Virus record (IMG/VR): IMGVR_UViG_3300045988_114464
Location: 32,001 to 96,000 of that record
From: a virus
Length of the DNA stretch: 64,000 nt
Direction: 5' to 3' (one strand)
Position 1 is the stretch's first letter, and each line of letters starts with the position of its first letter. Below, piece after piece: positions 1 through 8,151 of the stretch. The notes beneath the pieces are model-generated. The model saw only the letters and a program-made list of their open reading frames with translations, had not been told where the DNA came from and did not search any database. The position numbers were made by a program, and so were the translations under genes.

Positions 1-199
1 GCTTCGGTGCTCTGAACCAACTTAGCGGTACATGAGCGTAAATATAATTGCCATCGTCCTTAACAATAGTTACTTCGTTTGGATGGCTTTCAGCTAACTT
101 ACGAAGTTGGTTCATAAACTTGCGTTCGCTTGTCCCATACTCCATATATTCATGGTCACTGTCGCGTAAGACATTTGTTTCAAAATTATATTTAGCCAT
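1..199 (-). CDS. hypothetical protein, N-terminal 66 codons (gene runs off the left window edge)
   Basis: Manual minus-strand translation from ATG 199-197 (MAKYNFETNVLRDSDHEY...WFRAPK) stays open to base 1. It is absent from the ORF track because no stop lies in the window. Confidence 0.4.
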   Translation of the reverse strand, partial: MAKYNFETNVLRDSDHEYMEYGTSERKFMNQLRKLAESHPNEVTIVKDDGNYIYAHVPLSWFRAPK

Positions 200-350
200 T
201 AGCAACTTCCTTCTTTTCTTCAACAACTACATTGTATGTACCACACTGACACTTCTTGCCACAACATTGACACTTATCTTTCTTAGTGAAAGCATATAGC
301 TTATCAGCCAGCATATCGTTAGCGCAAGTTGAACATAGAATCATTCGCAT
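192..350 (-). CDS. small Cys-rich protein, 52 aa (zinc-ribbon-like CxxC / CxCC / CxC)
   Basis: Manual translation MRMILCSTCAND...KCQCCGKKCQCG. AAAGGAG lies 8 nt upstream of ATG 350. It is packed between flanking minus-strand genes and is below the ORF-track size cutoff. Confidence 0.4.
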   Translation of the reverse strand: MRMILCSTCANDMLADKLYAFTKKDKCQCCGKKCQCGTYNVVVEEKKEVANG

Positions 351-352
351 AG

Positions 353-676
353 TTAATTCTCCTTTTTATTAAAAAGTGTCTTAGTTGGTAAATGACCAGT
401 TTTAACTGTTAACATAGGATTTTCAACATCTGATTCAGCAATCATTGCGTCAATTTTTTCCTTGTGCTCAAGATAATCAATCAACTTGGCGAGATACCAT
501 TGCGCTTTCCGAACATCCTCCAAGCCGTTTTTAGCTTCGTATCTCCAAAGATACTTGATTACATTTGCCACACATACAGCTTCAAGTCCAGTCTTATTTA
601 CTGTTGCCGATTCAAGAGCGTCAATACATTCGACTTTACCTTGCTTATAGTGCGAAGGGTTGATAGCGTCTGCCAT
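353..676 (-). CDS. DUF3310-family phage protein
   Basis: INPSHYKQGKVECID...NVIKYLWRYEAKNGLEDVRKAQWYL matches the DUF3310 pattern as I recall it (NPxHY ... KY..R...K...DL.KA.WY). Confidence 0.7.
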   Translation of the reverse strand: MADAINPSHYKQGKVECIDALESATVNKTGLEAVCVANVIKYLWRYEAKNGLEDVRKAQWYLAKLIDYLEHKEKIDAMIAESDVENPMLTVKTGHLPTKTLFNKKEN

Positions 677-705
677 AGCTTAGACCTCCTTATGTCTTTG
701 TTTTT

Positions 706-734
706 ATTGTATCACAATTTAGGCAAAAAGTCAA
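706..734 (-). promoter_or_regulatory. sigma-A-type promoter reading leftward
   Basis: Minus strand reads TTGACT (734-729), a 17-nt spacer, then TGa-TACAAT (711-706). It lies about 30 nt upstream of the 676 start. Confidence 0.55.
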
Positions 735-770
735 TAATTAAATTGTGAACAAATTGTTAATAAAGTTAAT

Positions 771-2096
771 CTATACTCGTTTAGGATGTTCTTTGTATTT
801 GGGGTATAAATCATAATTATAAGCCGTGTCATATTGCCAAGTAAATCCACCGCAGTGTTTATATTTACCTGTACAGCATTTTTGGATATTTTGTGCCAGT
901 ATGCCTGTTTCAAACGAAGCTGAAGAAGCGTCAAGATAGTGAGTATTTGTTTCGACACAATATACTGGTGTACTACCTTTTATTGGTTTGTTTATAATAG
1001 CTTGAATTTCTTCAAGTTCTAATTGAGAGTATTCGTCATAAAACATCCATTTTAAGTATTGTCCTTCGGCAAATCCAGCATATTCGCTTTTGTGTTCGGC
1101 ACAATTTCTAATAGAATCGCTGAATTTGATATTAGCGTAATCTCTTGCTTCTACCTGTGTTTTATAAATTTTTCCTGTGTTTAAGCATACAATAGGTGGG
1201 TTGACATTAGTCCATCGTTGGACAATAATTTCTGTGATAGTTTCATTTGTAAGTTCTTCATAGTCGTTAATATAAATAAAAATTTGCCCGTAAGTAGTTT
1301 TTTTATCGCCACGGCAACTGCCAGCAACAAGACTATAGGGAATATCGTAATATTCGCTGGCTTTTGAAGGATTGTCAAAAATTTTACCATCAATCAAATT
1401 CATGACAGGGTTAAATTTAAGGCTTTGTAGATAATTCGCGTGTTGCTTTTTTCTATCTTCAAAAAGTTGTTGATAATCTTCAAGAGACTTAGATTTATCA
1501 TATTTTTCCCAAAACAAAGGAGCGCCTTCAATATTTTTGCCCGCAGTCCATTGTCGGCTATTTGTTTCAAATATATGAGATATATTTCGTTCATGGCAAC
1601 CTGTGCATCCTTGTTTGGTCTTTTCTTCTCCTGCAATGGTTAAAGACGGAAAAATCTCTAAGGTGTTTAAGCAAATAACAGGAATGTTTACAGATAGATT
1701 TGCTCTATCGTGATGTTTTCCATAAAAACTATTGTTCTTCCCCTTTCTTGTTTCAGAAAAAAGTTGTTTGGTTTCTTCGCTATGATGCCTACCAAACATA
1801 GGCGCACTACCGCCGATTGAAAGATTATATCCAATCTTAGGGTCACGAGCATGATATTTGTCAATTAGTTCAATTTCTTTTTGAAAGGCTTCTTCTTGAG
1901 TTAGGCCTTCAATCAAAATTTCTTTTATGAAATTATTTTCGCCATATTTTTGAATAGCATGATGCAAACGAGGGTTGCCTTTATATCCATACCCACTTTG
2001 CCATCTTTCTTTTAGAGTTCGTGAAGTGATGCCTATATATATTAAACCGTTGTGTTTATCGGTATATTTGTATACCTTCCAAGTGTTGTTGCACAT
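771..2096 (-). CDS. GIY-YIG homing endonuclease (I-TevI-like, free-standing)
   Basis: N-terminus NGLIYIGITSRTLKERW...YGYKGN...QKEIELIDKY...GYNLSIGG carries the GIY-YIG catalytic core residues. NUMOD3-like repeats follow (GRHHSEETK.., FYGKHH). Confidence 0.85.
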   Translation of the reverse strand: MCNNTWKVYKYTDKHNGLIYIGITSRTLKERWQSGYGYKGNPRLHHAIQKYGENNFIKEILIEGLTQEEAFQKEIELIDKYHARDPKIGYNLSIGGSAPMFGRHHSEETKQLFSETRKGKNNSFYGKHHDRANLSVNIPVICLNTLEIFPSLTIAGEEKTKQGCTGCHERNISHIFETNSRQWTAGKNIEGAPLFWEKYDKSKSLEDYQQLFEDRKKQHANYLQSLKFNPVMNLIDGKIFDNPSKASEYYDIPYSLVAGSCRGDKKTTYGQIFIYINDYEELTNETITEIIVQRWTNVNPPIVCLNTGKIYKTQVEARDYANIKFSDSIRNCAEHKSEYAGFAEGQYLKWMFYDEYSQLELEEIQAIINKPIKGSTPVYCVETNTHYLDASSASFETGILAQNIQKCCTGKYKHCGGFTWQYDTAYNYDLYPKYKEHPKRV

Positions 2097-2251
2097 AATA
2101 TCCTCCTATGCAATAATCCTTAAAATCGAGTAGAAGAATTATTCTACCTATTTATTATTATACTACAAAAGGATAAAAATGTCAACTCAAAAATTGACAA
2201 AATTGGACACCAATATTTATATTTGTGTGGTAAGCACGATTTCTTAAAGAC

Positions 2252-2280
2252 AGTGTAGCACACTGCTGACTTGAAGTCAA
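2252..2280 (-). promoter_or_regulatory. sigma-A-type promoter reading leftward
   Basis: Minus strand reads TTGACT (2280-2275), a 17-nt spacer, then TGc-TACACT (2257-2252). It is one of three copies of the same promoter module. Confidence 0.5.
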
Positions 2281-2422
2281 TAGTAATCATTGGCTAAAGC
2301 ACGAAATTTTTTATTTAAGTAGCAACGGTAGTGAAAAAGTTTATCTGCGGAAAGGTAAGAAGGAAAATTGTAGTCGAAAGCAAAGGAAACAACTGTTGTG
2401 TAAAAGAAATAAGTGAAGGGGG

Positions 2423-2451
2423 TTGACGAAAGTGTAGAAGAGCGGTATAAT
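2423..2451 (+). promoter_or_regulatory. near-consensus sigma-A promoter with no ORF downstream
   Basis: TTGACG (2423-2428), a 17-nt spacer, then TATAAT (2446-2451). The next 400 nt are non-coding and highly structured. Confidence 0.55.
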
Positions 2452-2507
2452 TAAAGCGCAGAAATTAGCAAGTTTGGCTAAACCGAAACGAACCTTTTCT
2501 TTTATTT

Positions 2508-2610
2508 AATTTTCTTTTAGTTATAAAAAACCATTTTATCTATATATAAGTCCTGCTTACGCAGTCCTTATATATATCTAAAGCCGTTATTTTATAACTA
2601 AAAGAAAATT
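2508..2610. repeat. 103-bp nested inverted repeat (cruciform or long hairpin)
   Basis: The outer arms 2508-2528 and 2590-2610 are perfect 21-nt reverse complements. Inner arms are TATATATAAG (2541-2550) / CTTATATATA (2567-2576) and CTGC/GCAG around a TTAC loop. Confidence 0.9.
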
Positions 2611-2733
2611 TTCCAAGCGTTAATTACTTTAGTGATTTAACGCTTTAGTACGTTAAAGTGTATACGCAGTTAATCTCTGATTAACGTAGTACATATATAT
2701 TATAATATATTTATATATTATAATCGCGTGCGC

Positions 2734-2833
2734 GTAGCACATATTTGTTAAAAAGTCAAGACCTAAATTGTAAATAATTTGTGAACAAAATATGAACGGA
2801 GTATGACTTGACTTTTTTGTAAAAATGTGCTAC
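2734..2833. repeat. imperfect 27-bp inverted repeat flanking the AAATTGT motif
   Basis: GTAGCACATATTTGTTAAAAAGTCAAG (2734-2760) faces the reverse complement of 2807-2833 (GTAGCACATTTTTACAAAAAAGTCAAG). The right arm is the rightward promoter. Confidence 0.8.
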
Positions 2834-2836
2834 AAT
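2808..2836 (+). promoter_or_regulatory. sigma-A-type promoter for the rightward operon
   Basis: TTGACT (2808-2813), a 17-nt spacer, then TGc-TACAAT (2831-2836). It lies 35 nt upstream of the first rightward ORF. Confidence 0.65.
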
Positions 2837-2870
2837 AGTTATAATAAATAATAGAATCGAGGTGAGAGAG

Positions 2871-3050
2871 ATGGCTTGGACAGAAATGAGTTATAACAGA
2901 AATTTTTTTGATGACACACTTGACGAAGATACAATTTGTCATAAGAAGTCATTAAGTGAATCATATACTTTGCGCTTACAGAAACGACAAGAGATGGAAA
3001 GTAAGCGTCAAGAGCGACTAAAGAAGAAGTACAAGGGTGAGCAACAATGA
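2871..3050 (+). CDS. hypothetical protein (59 aa, basic C-terminus)
   Basis: I prefer ATG 2871, which follows GAGGTGA, over the track's GTG at 2862. The stop overlaps the RNAP start (ATGA). Confidence 0.5.
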   Translation: MAWTEMSYNRNFFDDTLDEDTICHKKSLSESYTLRLQKRQEMESKRQERLKKKYKGEQQ

Positions 3051-5671
3051 GCCTAACAAATCAAATTCATGCTTATTCGGTGGGTACGGACGCATTTTAT
3101 GATGAATCTGAGCAATTTATTCATAAGCGTTTATTGAAACTGTATAAGCTACGAGCAGTTAATCGCAAGTATAAAGAAAAAGAAACTGAATATTCATGGG
3201 GTACAGCGTGTATCAATCGAGTAATCAAGAAAGAAAAAGAACAACTTGAACAATTACTCAATAAGCGTCTGGAAAGCACTGAACCGCGCACAATGAATCC
3301 AGAAGTTTTGAAGGATAAAAATGTTATTTCATTGTTTGTTAGTTCGCTTACTCGTGCTATTGGAATTGAACACAATCAGTTGTCTGAAGATATTTTTGTT
3401 ATCAGCGTTTATTTCTTTCAAGTATTTCATAACATTGTTCGTGATGGGTTTATATATAATGGAGAAAAATATATTTTTCTTACGGCTTCGGCAGGACAAA
3501 TACGCACAAAGAAAGCGGTTTTTATAAAAGAATCGACTTTTAATCGTATTAAGATGCGAATGATGTGCGGACTAACCGTTGAAGAAATCAACGAAGCTGG
3601 TGGCACAAATGAGAATAAGTTTCTTGCTTATCTTGCTCTTGGTAATTCTGCTACAGATGTTTGGGAAGATTTTGATATTGATAAGTCGATTGTAGTCGAT
3701 GACTTTGAAACAGAAATTCAAACTGAAGTTGACCACATTTCTGCTGATTATAGCATTAAGCGTGAAGTTACTGGTACAGTAATTCCTCACATGGATGGTT
3801 GTGGAATAATGTTGGATAAACCTACGAGAATGGTTCGCGCTCCGTGGATTAAAGGCTTGCTTGTGCATTTTCCTTTTGACAAGTTTATTCAAGAAAAATG
3901 TGACGGCAAAGCAATAGTAACTGATATTTACGGTCAAGACCATGATATTCTTGCTGAAGATATTCGATATATTTTCACAAAAAGCCAGTTTAAGATGTAT
4001 AAGTTTTATCAATCATGGGAAGATTACAAGCAAAAGTTTAAGCAATATCGTTGTGAAGCGTGCTATTGTAATATGGAAGAACAAGATATTCCTCGCGCCA
4101 GAATCAATTATCAGATGCTTCAAACGCTTACTGATATGACCGATGAAGAAATTGCTACATTGACCAAAGAGACAGTTGAAGAAATTGCAGCTATTGGTAA
4201 TGATTTTCAAACTTCTATGAAATTGATTGGCGCAACTTCATATAACAAAAATCCAAGTTATGTGCAAGAAGCGTTAATGATTTATCCAGAACTTATGCGT
4301 GACCAGTATAGCCGTGATATTTTGAAAGAAACTAAAAAGAGTTTGATTAAGCAAGCAAAATCAGGGCGGTTAAGAGTGAATGGCAAATATCTCTTTTTAT
4401 CTCCTGACCTATATGCGTTTTGTGAATGGCTGTTTCTTAATGAAGTGAACCCAAAAGGATTGCTTCAAGACGGCGAAGTGTTTACTACGCAGTTTAGTAA
4501 TGGTGATGAAGTTGCTTGTTTGAGAAGTCCGCATTTGTATCGTGAATGGGCGATTCGCAAAAATGTAAAGAATGAAGATTTGAACAAGTGGTTTGGGGAA
4601 ACGAAATGTGTGTATACCAGTTGTCATGATTTGATTTCAAGGATTCTTCAATTTGATGTGGACGGAGACAAGAGTTTGGTCATTAAAGACAAATTGTTGA
4701 CTTCTATAGCAAAACGTAATATGGCAGGAATTTGCACACTTTCTTATGATTTGAAGAAAGCAAAGGTTGGCGCTATCTCTCCTGACAATATTTACCATAG
4801 TATGACCAAGGCTTATACAGGTGGTAATATTGGTGTAATTAGTAATCAGATTACAAAAGTATGGAATAGTCCTAATTTAACAAAAGATTATGATAGCGCT
4901 CTAAAGACAGTAAAGTTGTTTACTTATATCAATAATCAAGTAATCGACTATGCTAAGACGCTGTGGAAAGTTGACCCACCTTTTGAAGTTGAAGAAATGA
5001 TGAAACGATATACCAAAGCGAAACCACCATATTTTTTCATTTATGCTAAAGACAAGAAGAAATCACAAGTAGAACCGCCAAACAATTCTACCATGAATCG
5101 TATTTGTCAGTCAATCCCCAATAATCGAGTTAAGTTTGCGAAAATGTGTGATAATTTTGATTATCGTATGTTGATGAATCTTGATTATGGTTTTAGTATT
5201 AGTGAAGATAATCAGATAATTGAAAGATATAACTATTGGAATCGACACCAATATTTGTTTAATACTGAAGCTGAAAATGCAAAGCAAGAAGATATGTATA
5301 TGTTTCAACAAATTCGTAAACATATTCTTGCAGAAACTAACGAAGATATTAACGTGGTAGTTAATACGTTGGTCATGTATCTTTACACTATTAAAACAAA
5401 CAACATGAAGAAAACATTATGGGCTTCTTTTGGTGATATACTTGTTGAAAATCTGAAAAAGAATACGGCAAGTCTTGGTAAGGTTTGTGAAGAATGCGGA
5501 GATAGATTTATTTCATTGCAAAGTAATCATCGGTTCTGTTCTGATGAATGTTGTAAGAAAGCAAGAGCTAAAAGATTAAAGCAAAAGCGCAAGTTTTGTA
5601 CGCTCGTTCAGAGCGAAAAAGTTGCAAATATCGAAGATATTTCTCAAAATAAACAAAATAGTGTAGATTAA
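3047..5671 (+). CDS. YonO / QDE-1 (RdRP-family)-like single-subunit two-barrel RNA polymerase
   Basis: Three motifs were read by eye: IFLTASAGQIRTKKAVFI, ACLRSPHLYREW and FDVDGDK (DxDGD at nt 4655-4669). A C-terminal CxxC..CxxxCC zinc ribbon follows. The 874-aa length is similar to YonO. Confidence 0.7.
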   Translation: MSLTNQIHAYSVGTDAFYDESEQFIHKRLLKLYKLRAVNRKYKEKETEYSWGTACINRVIKKEKEQLEQLLNKRLESTEPRTMNPEVLKDKNVISLFVSSLTRAIGIEHNQLSEDIFVISVYFFQVFHNIVRDGFIYNGEKYIFLTASAGQIRTKKAVFIKESTFNRIKMRMMCGLTVEEINEAGGTNENKFLAYLALGNSATDVWEDFDIDKSIVVDDFETEIQTEVDHISADYSIKREVTGTVIPHMDGCGIMLDKPTRMVRAPWIKGLLVHFPFDKFIQEKCDGKAIVTDIYGQDHDILAEDIRYIFTKSQFKMYKFYQSWEDYKQKFKQYRCEACYCNMEEQDIPRARINYQMLQTLTDMTDEEIATLTKETVEEIAAIGNDFQTSMKLIGATSYNKNPSYVQEALMIYPELMRDQYSRDILKETKKSLIKQAKSGRLRVNGKYLFLSPDLYAFCEWLFLNEVNPKGLLQDGEVFTTQFSNGDEVACLRSPHLYREWAIRKNVKNEDLNKWFGETKCVYTSCHDLISRILQFDVDGDKSLVIKDKLLTSIAKRNMAGICTLSYDLKKAKVGAISPDNIYHSMTKAYTGGNIGVISNQITKVWNSPNLTKDYDSALKTVKLFTYINNQVIDYAKTLWKVDPPFEVEEMMKRYTKAKPPYFFIYAKDKKKSQVEPPNNSTMNRICQSIPNNRVKFAKMCDNFDYRMLMNLDYGFSISEDNQIIERYNYWNRHQYLFNTEAENAKQEDMYMFQQIRKHILAETNEDINVVVNTLVMYLYTIKTNNMKKTLWASFGDILVENLKKNTASLGKVCEECGDRFISLQSNHRFCSDECCKKARAKRLKQKRKFCTLVQSEKVANIEDISQNKQNSVD

Positions 5672-5730
5672 AATTGCAAAAACGCATTTTATCTTTTTTG
5701 AAAGCGCGTCTATTATGGAGAGAAATACGG

Positions 5731-5786
5731 GATTCCTCCGATGGGCGGGTATATAAATTGGGGTTTAGCCCGCCCATTGAGGAATC
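5731..5786 (+). other. long GC-rich stem-loop without a U-tract
   Basis: GATTCCTCCGATGGGCGGG (5731-5749) pairs with CCCGCCCATTGAGGAATC (5769-5786) with one or two mismatches. It sits between the RNAP gene and the next gene. Confidence 0.7.
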
Positions 5787-5807
5787 ATCAACGAAAGGAA
5801 AATAACA

Positions 5808-7007
5808 ATGGAACGACAGGAAACGCAGTCTTATCTTGCTTTCGTTGAAGAAGCAACTAAGGCTCTGCAAAATGATGAAATTTCTTACACTGAATGGTGT
5901 AAAGCGATTGTTGGTGAAAAGATTTATTCTGACGAAACCCTAAGACGATGCGCTGTGCTGTTTGGTGAATTTTTAGAGCGACTTGACGCAGATGAGATTA
6001 AAACTCTAAATGACGAAGATAGAGTTAATCGTCTTATTGAAGCAAAAGAAGAATTAGTTAAGGAACGGAAGAAAATTCAAAGCGCTAATCTTGAACACCA
6101 AGAATATTATCGCAAGGTTGCTCGACACGAACTTCTTGACGAAATGATTGTAGACGCGATTAAGCGCCTTGAGCCAGTTAAGATTAAACACGAACATTTT
6201 ACCAAGCCTTCTAAAAGTACAGGCGTTCTTGTGCTTGCTGATGAACACTTTGATTCAACGTTTGTACTCAAAGGGTTAAATGGTGAGATTATCAACGCTT
6301 ACGACAAGGAAATTTTCAAAGAACGTATGTGGCGATTGCTTTCTATGATTGAAAGCGATAACTTTGATTATGACGAACTGCTGATTGTTAGTTGTGGGGA
6401 TGCAATCGAAAATGTCCTCCGCATGGGTAGTTTGCAAAAGTTGCGTTCTAATGTTGTAGATGCAGTTATTGAATTTTCTGAGTTTATGTCACAATGGCTT
6501 ATTGTTGTTCAAGAAAAGTTGAAAGTTCCAGTGAAATTTGCTATTATTTCTGGCAATCACGATGTTAATAGAATTTTAACTCAGCCAGCCGTATTCCCAG
6601 AAGAAACGTTTGCTAAGATTATTCATAAGTTTATTGAAATGCGTCTTGAAGGGTGTAAACCAGATATTACAGTAGAACCGTATGGCGATGTATACTTTAC
6701 TTGTTTATATGGTAATAATCTACTGTTTGCTCATGGCGAAACAAATAATCTTATTGAATTGGCAAATTATTATGAGAATTTCTATGATATTCAGATTGAT
6801 TGCTTGTATGCTGGTCATCTTCATAGAAGCGAAACTAAGCCAGCGGGTGTTGGTTATATGGGCGACCGCGAAGTGATTCGTGTACCGTCTACTGTAGGCA
6901 CTGACCCTTATGCCAAGAGTATTCAAAAGCATAGTCGTGCTGGCGTTTACTTTGCCGTGTATAATGAAAACGGCAGAGATTTAAGCAAAATTTATTATTT
7001 GAATTAA
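5808..7007 (+). CDS. calcineurin-like metallophosphoesterase (Mre11/SbcD-like fold)
   Basis: The ordered motifs LADEHFD, CGDAIEN, SGNHDVN, FAHGE and AGHLHR are typical of metallophosphatases. Confidence 0.7.
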   Translation: MERQETQSYLAFVEEATKALQNDEISYTEWCKAIVGEKIYSDETLRRCAVLFGEFLERLDADEIKTLNDEDRVNRLIEAKEELVKERKKIQSANLEHQEYYRKVARHELLDEMIVDAIKRLEPVKIKHEHFTKPSKSTGVLVLADEHFDSTFVLKGLNGEIINAYDKEIFKERMWRLLSMIESDNFDYDELLIVSCGDAIENVLRMGSLQKLRSNVVDAVIEFSEFMSQWLIVVQEKLKVPVKFAIISGNHDVNRILTQPAVFPEETFAKIIHKFIEMRLEGCKPDITVEPYGDVYFTCLYGNNLLFAHGETNNLIELANYYENFYDIQIDCLYAGHLHRSETKPAGVGYMGDREVIRVPSTVGTDPYAKSIQKHSRAGVYFAVYNENGRDLSKIYYLN

Positions 7008-7180
7008 ACAAAGTAATCTGGCATAGGATATGTTAGATTGTAGAATAAACAACGTAAGGAGGTCACTACTTTTGTCCACTTGTGAAATTTTCACTAAAGC
7101 ATGAAAGGAGTTGGTCTTGGGCGTAAGCCTTATCTCGGTGTAAGTCGTTCTTCGACACGATACTGCACAGCGTTGGAAAA

Positions 7181-7219
7181 AACAGGGCGGGAGCAATAGT
7201 TCCTGCCCTTGTTATTTTG
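7181..7219 (+). terminator. rho-independent terminator
   Basis: The stem AACAGGGCGGGA / TCCTGCCCTTGTT is followed by ATTTTG. Confidence 0.5.
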
Positions 7220-7238
7220 AAAGAAAGGAAAATTTGAA

Positions 7239-8150
7239 ATGGCAACTACACCTCCAAAACAGTTACGCAGAACAGACCGATGTTGTCCTATTTGCGGAAC
7301 TGTTAAGTTAGCGAACTATTTCAATGAAAGTCCTGCCCCATATCACGATAAGTATATTCCTATTTGTCGTAACTGTTGCAATATACTGTTAAAGAGATAT
7401 ATTGCTGAAACGAAAAGTGAAGCCGCGGGCTTGTGGTTACTGTTAGCCCAAGTAAATATTCCATTTATCAATGAAATTTATGAGAAAGCTATTCTTAGGC
7501 TTCAAGACGCTTCTACAAAGAAGCCAAGTTTATTTGTGACATATCTTAGCTTTATGGCACAATGGAATGAACCGTATACTGGTTTTTTGCAGTCTACCAA
7601 TATGCTGACTGATTTTCTAAAGACGGTTGAAGTAGAAGCGGAAAAAATTCGCACCGAACAAAAACCGCTGAAGAATATGAAGGAAGAAATTGAGAAGTGG
7701 GGTAAATTTACAGGAGTTGACGGCAAAATTGACAGAGATTCTTATGATTTTTTGAATAGAACCTTTGATGAGTATACCGCCGATATTCTTGAAATGGACA
7801 CTAACTTAATGAATCGTTACCGCGATTTGTGCAAATGCGAATTGCGTTTGCGTAAAGCTAATGAATCGGGTGACGGTGCTGAGATTAGTAAAGCACAAGA
7901 TGCTTTGAACAAACAATTGGCTCTATTAAAGCTAAATGATTTCCAATCTAAGAACATTAGCGATGAGCAGAAGGCTTTTGAAAAGAAAGTCGCTATGATT
8001 GAATATAGCAAACCTGCTGAGTGTGAAGATTTACAGAAATATCTTGACATGGTAGGTTACGAGAAAGAAAAAGCAATGCTAAAGCGTTCTCTTAGAAATG
8101 CTGTAACTGGTTCTCGTGAATATCCTGATGTAACATTGCAGGAGGGATAA
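7239..8150 (+). CDS. hypothetical zinc-ribbon protein, possibly terminase small subunit by position
   Basis: CPICGT...CRNCC sits at the N-terminus and the rest is coiled-coil rich. The gene is immediately upstream of, and translationally coupled to, the large terminase. Confidence 0.35.
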   Translation: MATTPPKQLRRTDRCCPICGTVKLANYFNESPAPYHDKYIPICRNCCNILLKRYIAETKSEAAGLWLLLAQVNIPFINEIYEKAILRLQDASTKKPSLFVTYLSFMAQWNEPYTGFLQSTNMLTDFLKTVEVEAEKIRTEQKPLKNMKEEIEKWGKFTGVDGKIDRDSYDFLNRTFDEYTADILEMDTNLMNRYRDLCKCELRLRKANESGDGAEISKAQDALNKQLALLKLNDFQSKNISDEQKAFEKKVAMIEYSKPAECEDLQKYLDMVGYEKEKAMLKRSLRNAVTGSREYPDVTLQEG

Positions 8151-8151
8151 T

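Noticed and set aside
2690-2726. A CRISPR-like or tandem repeat array
   Set aside because: It contains only two short A/T-only direct repeats (TATATATTATAAT) and no spacer-repeat periodicity. It is treated as part of the AT-rich origin-like region.
7008-7180. A possible tRNA or small RNA in the 230-nt gap before the terminase module
   Set aside because: I could not fold a cloverleaf: there is no GTTCRANYC T-loop and no D-loop signature. Only short hairpins and two tiny RBS-preceded ORFs of 10 codons or fewer are present, so there is not enough evidence to call anything.
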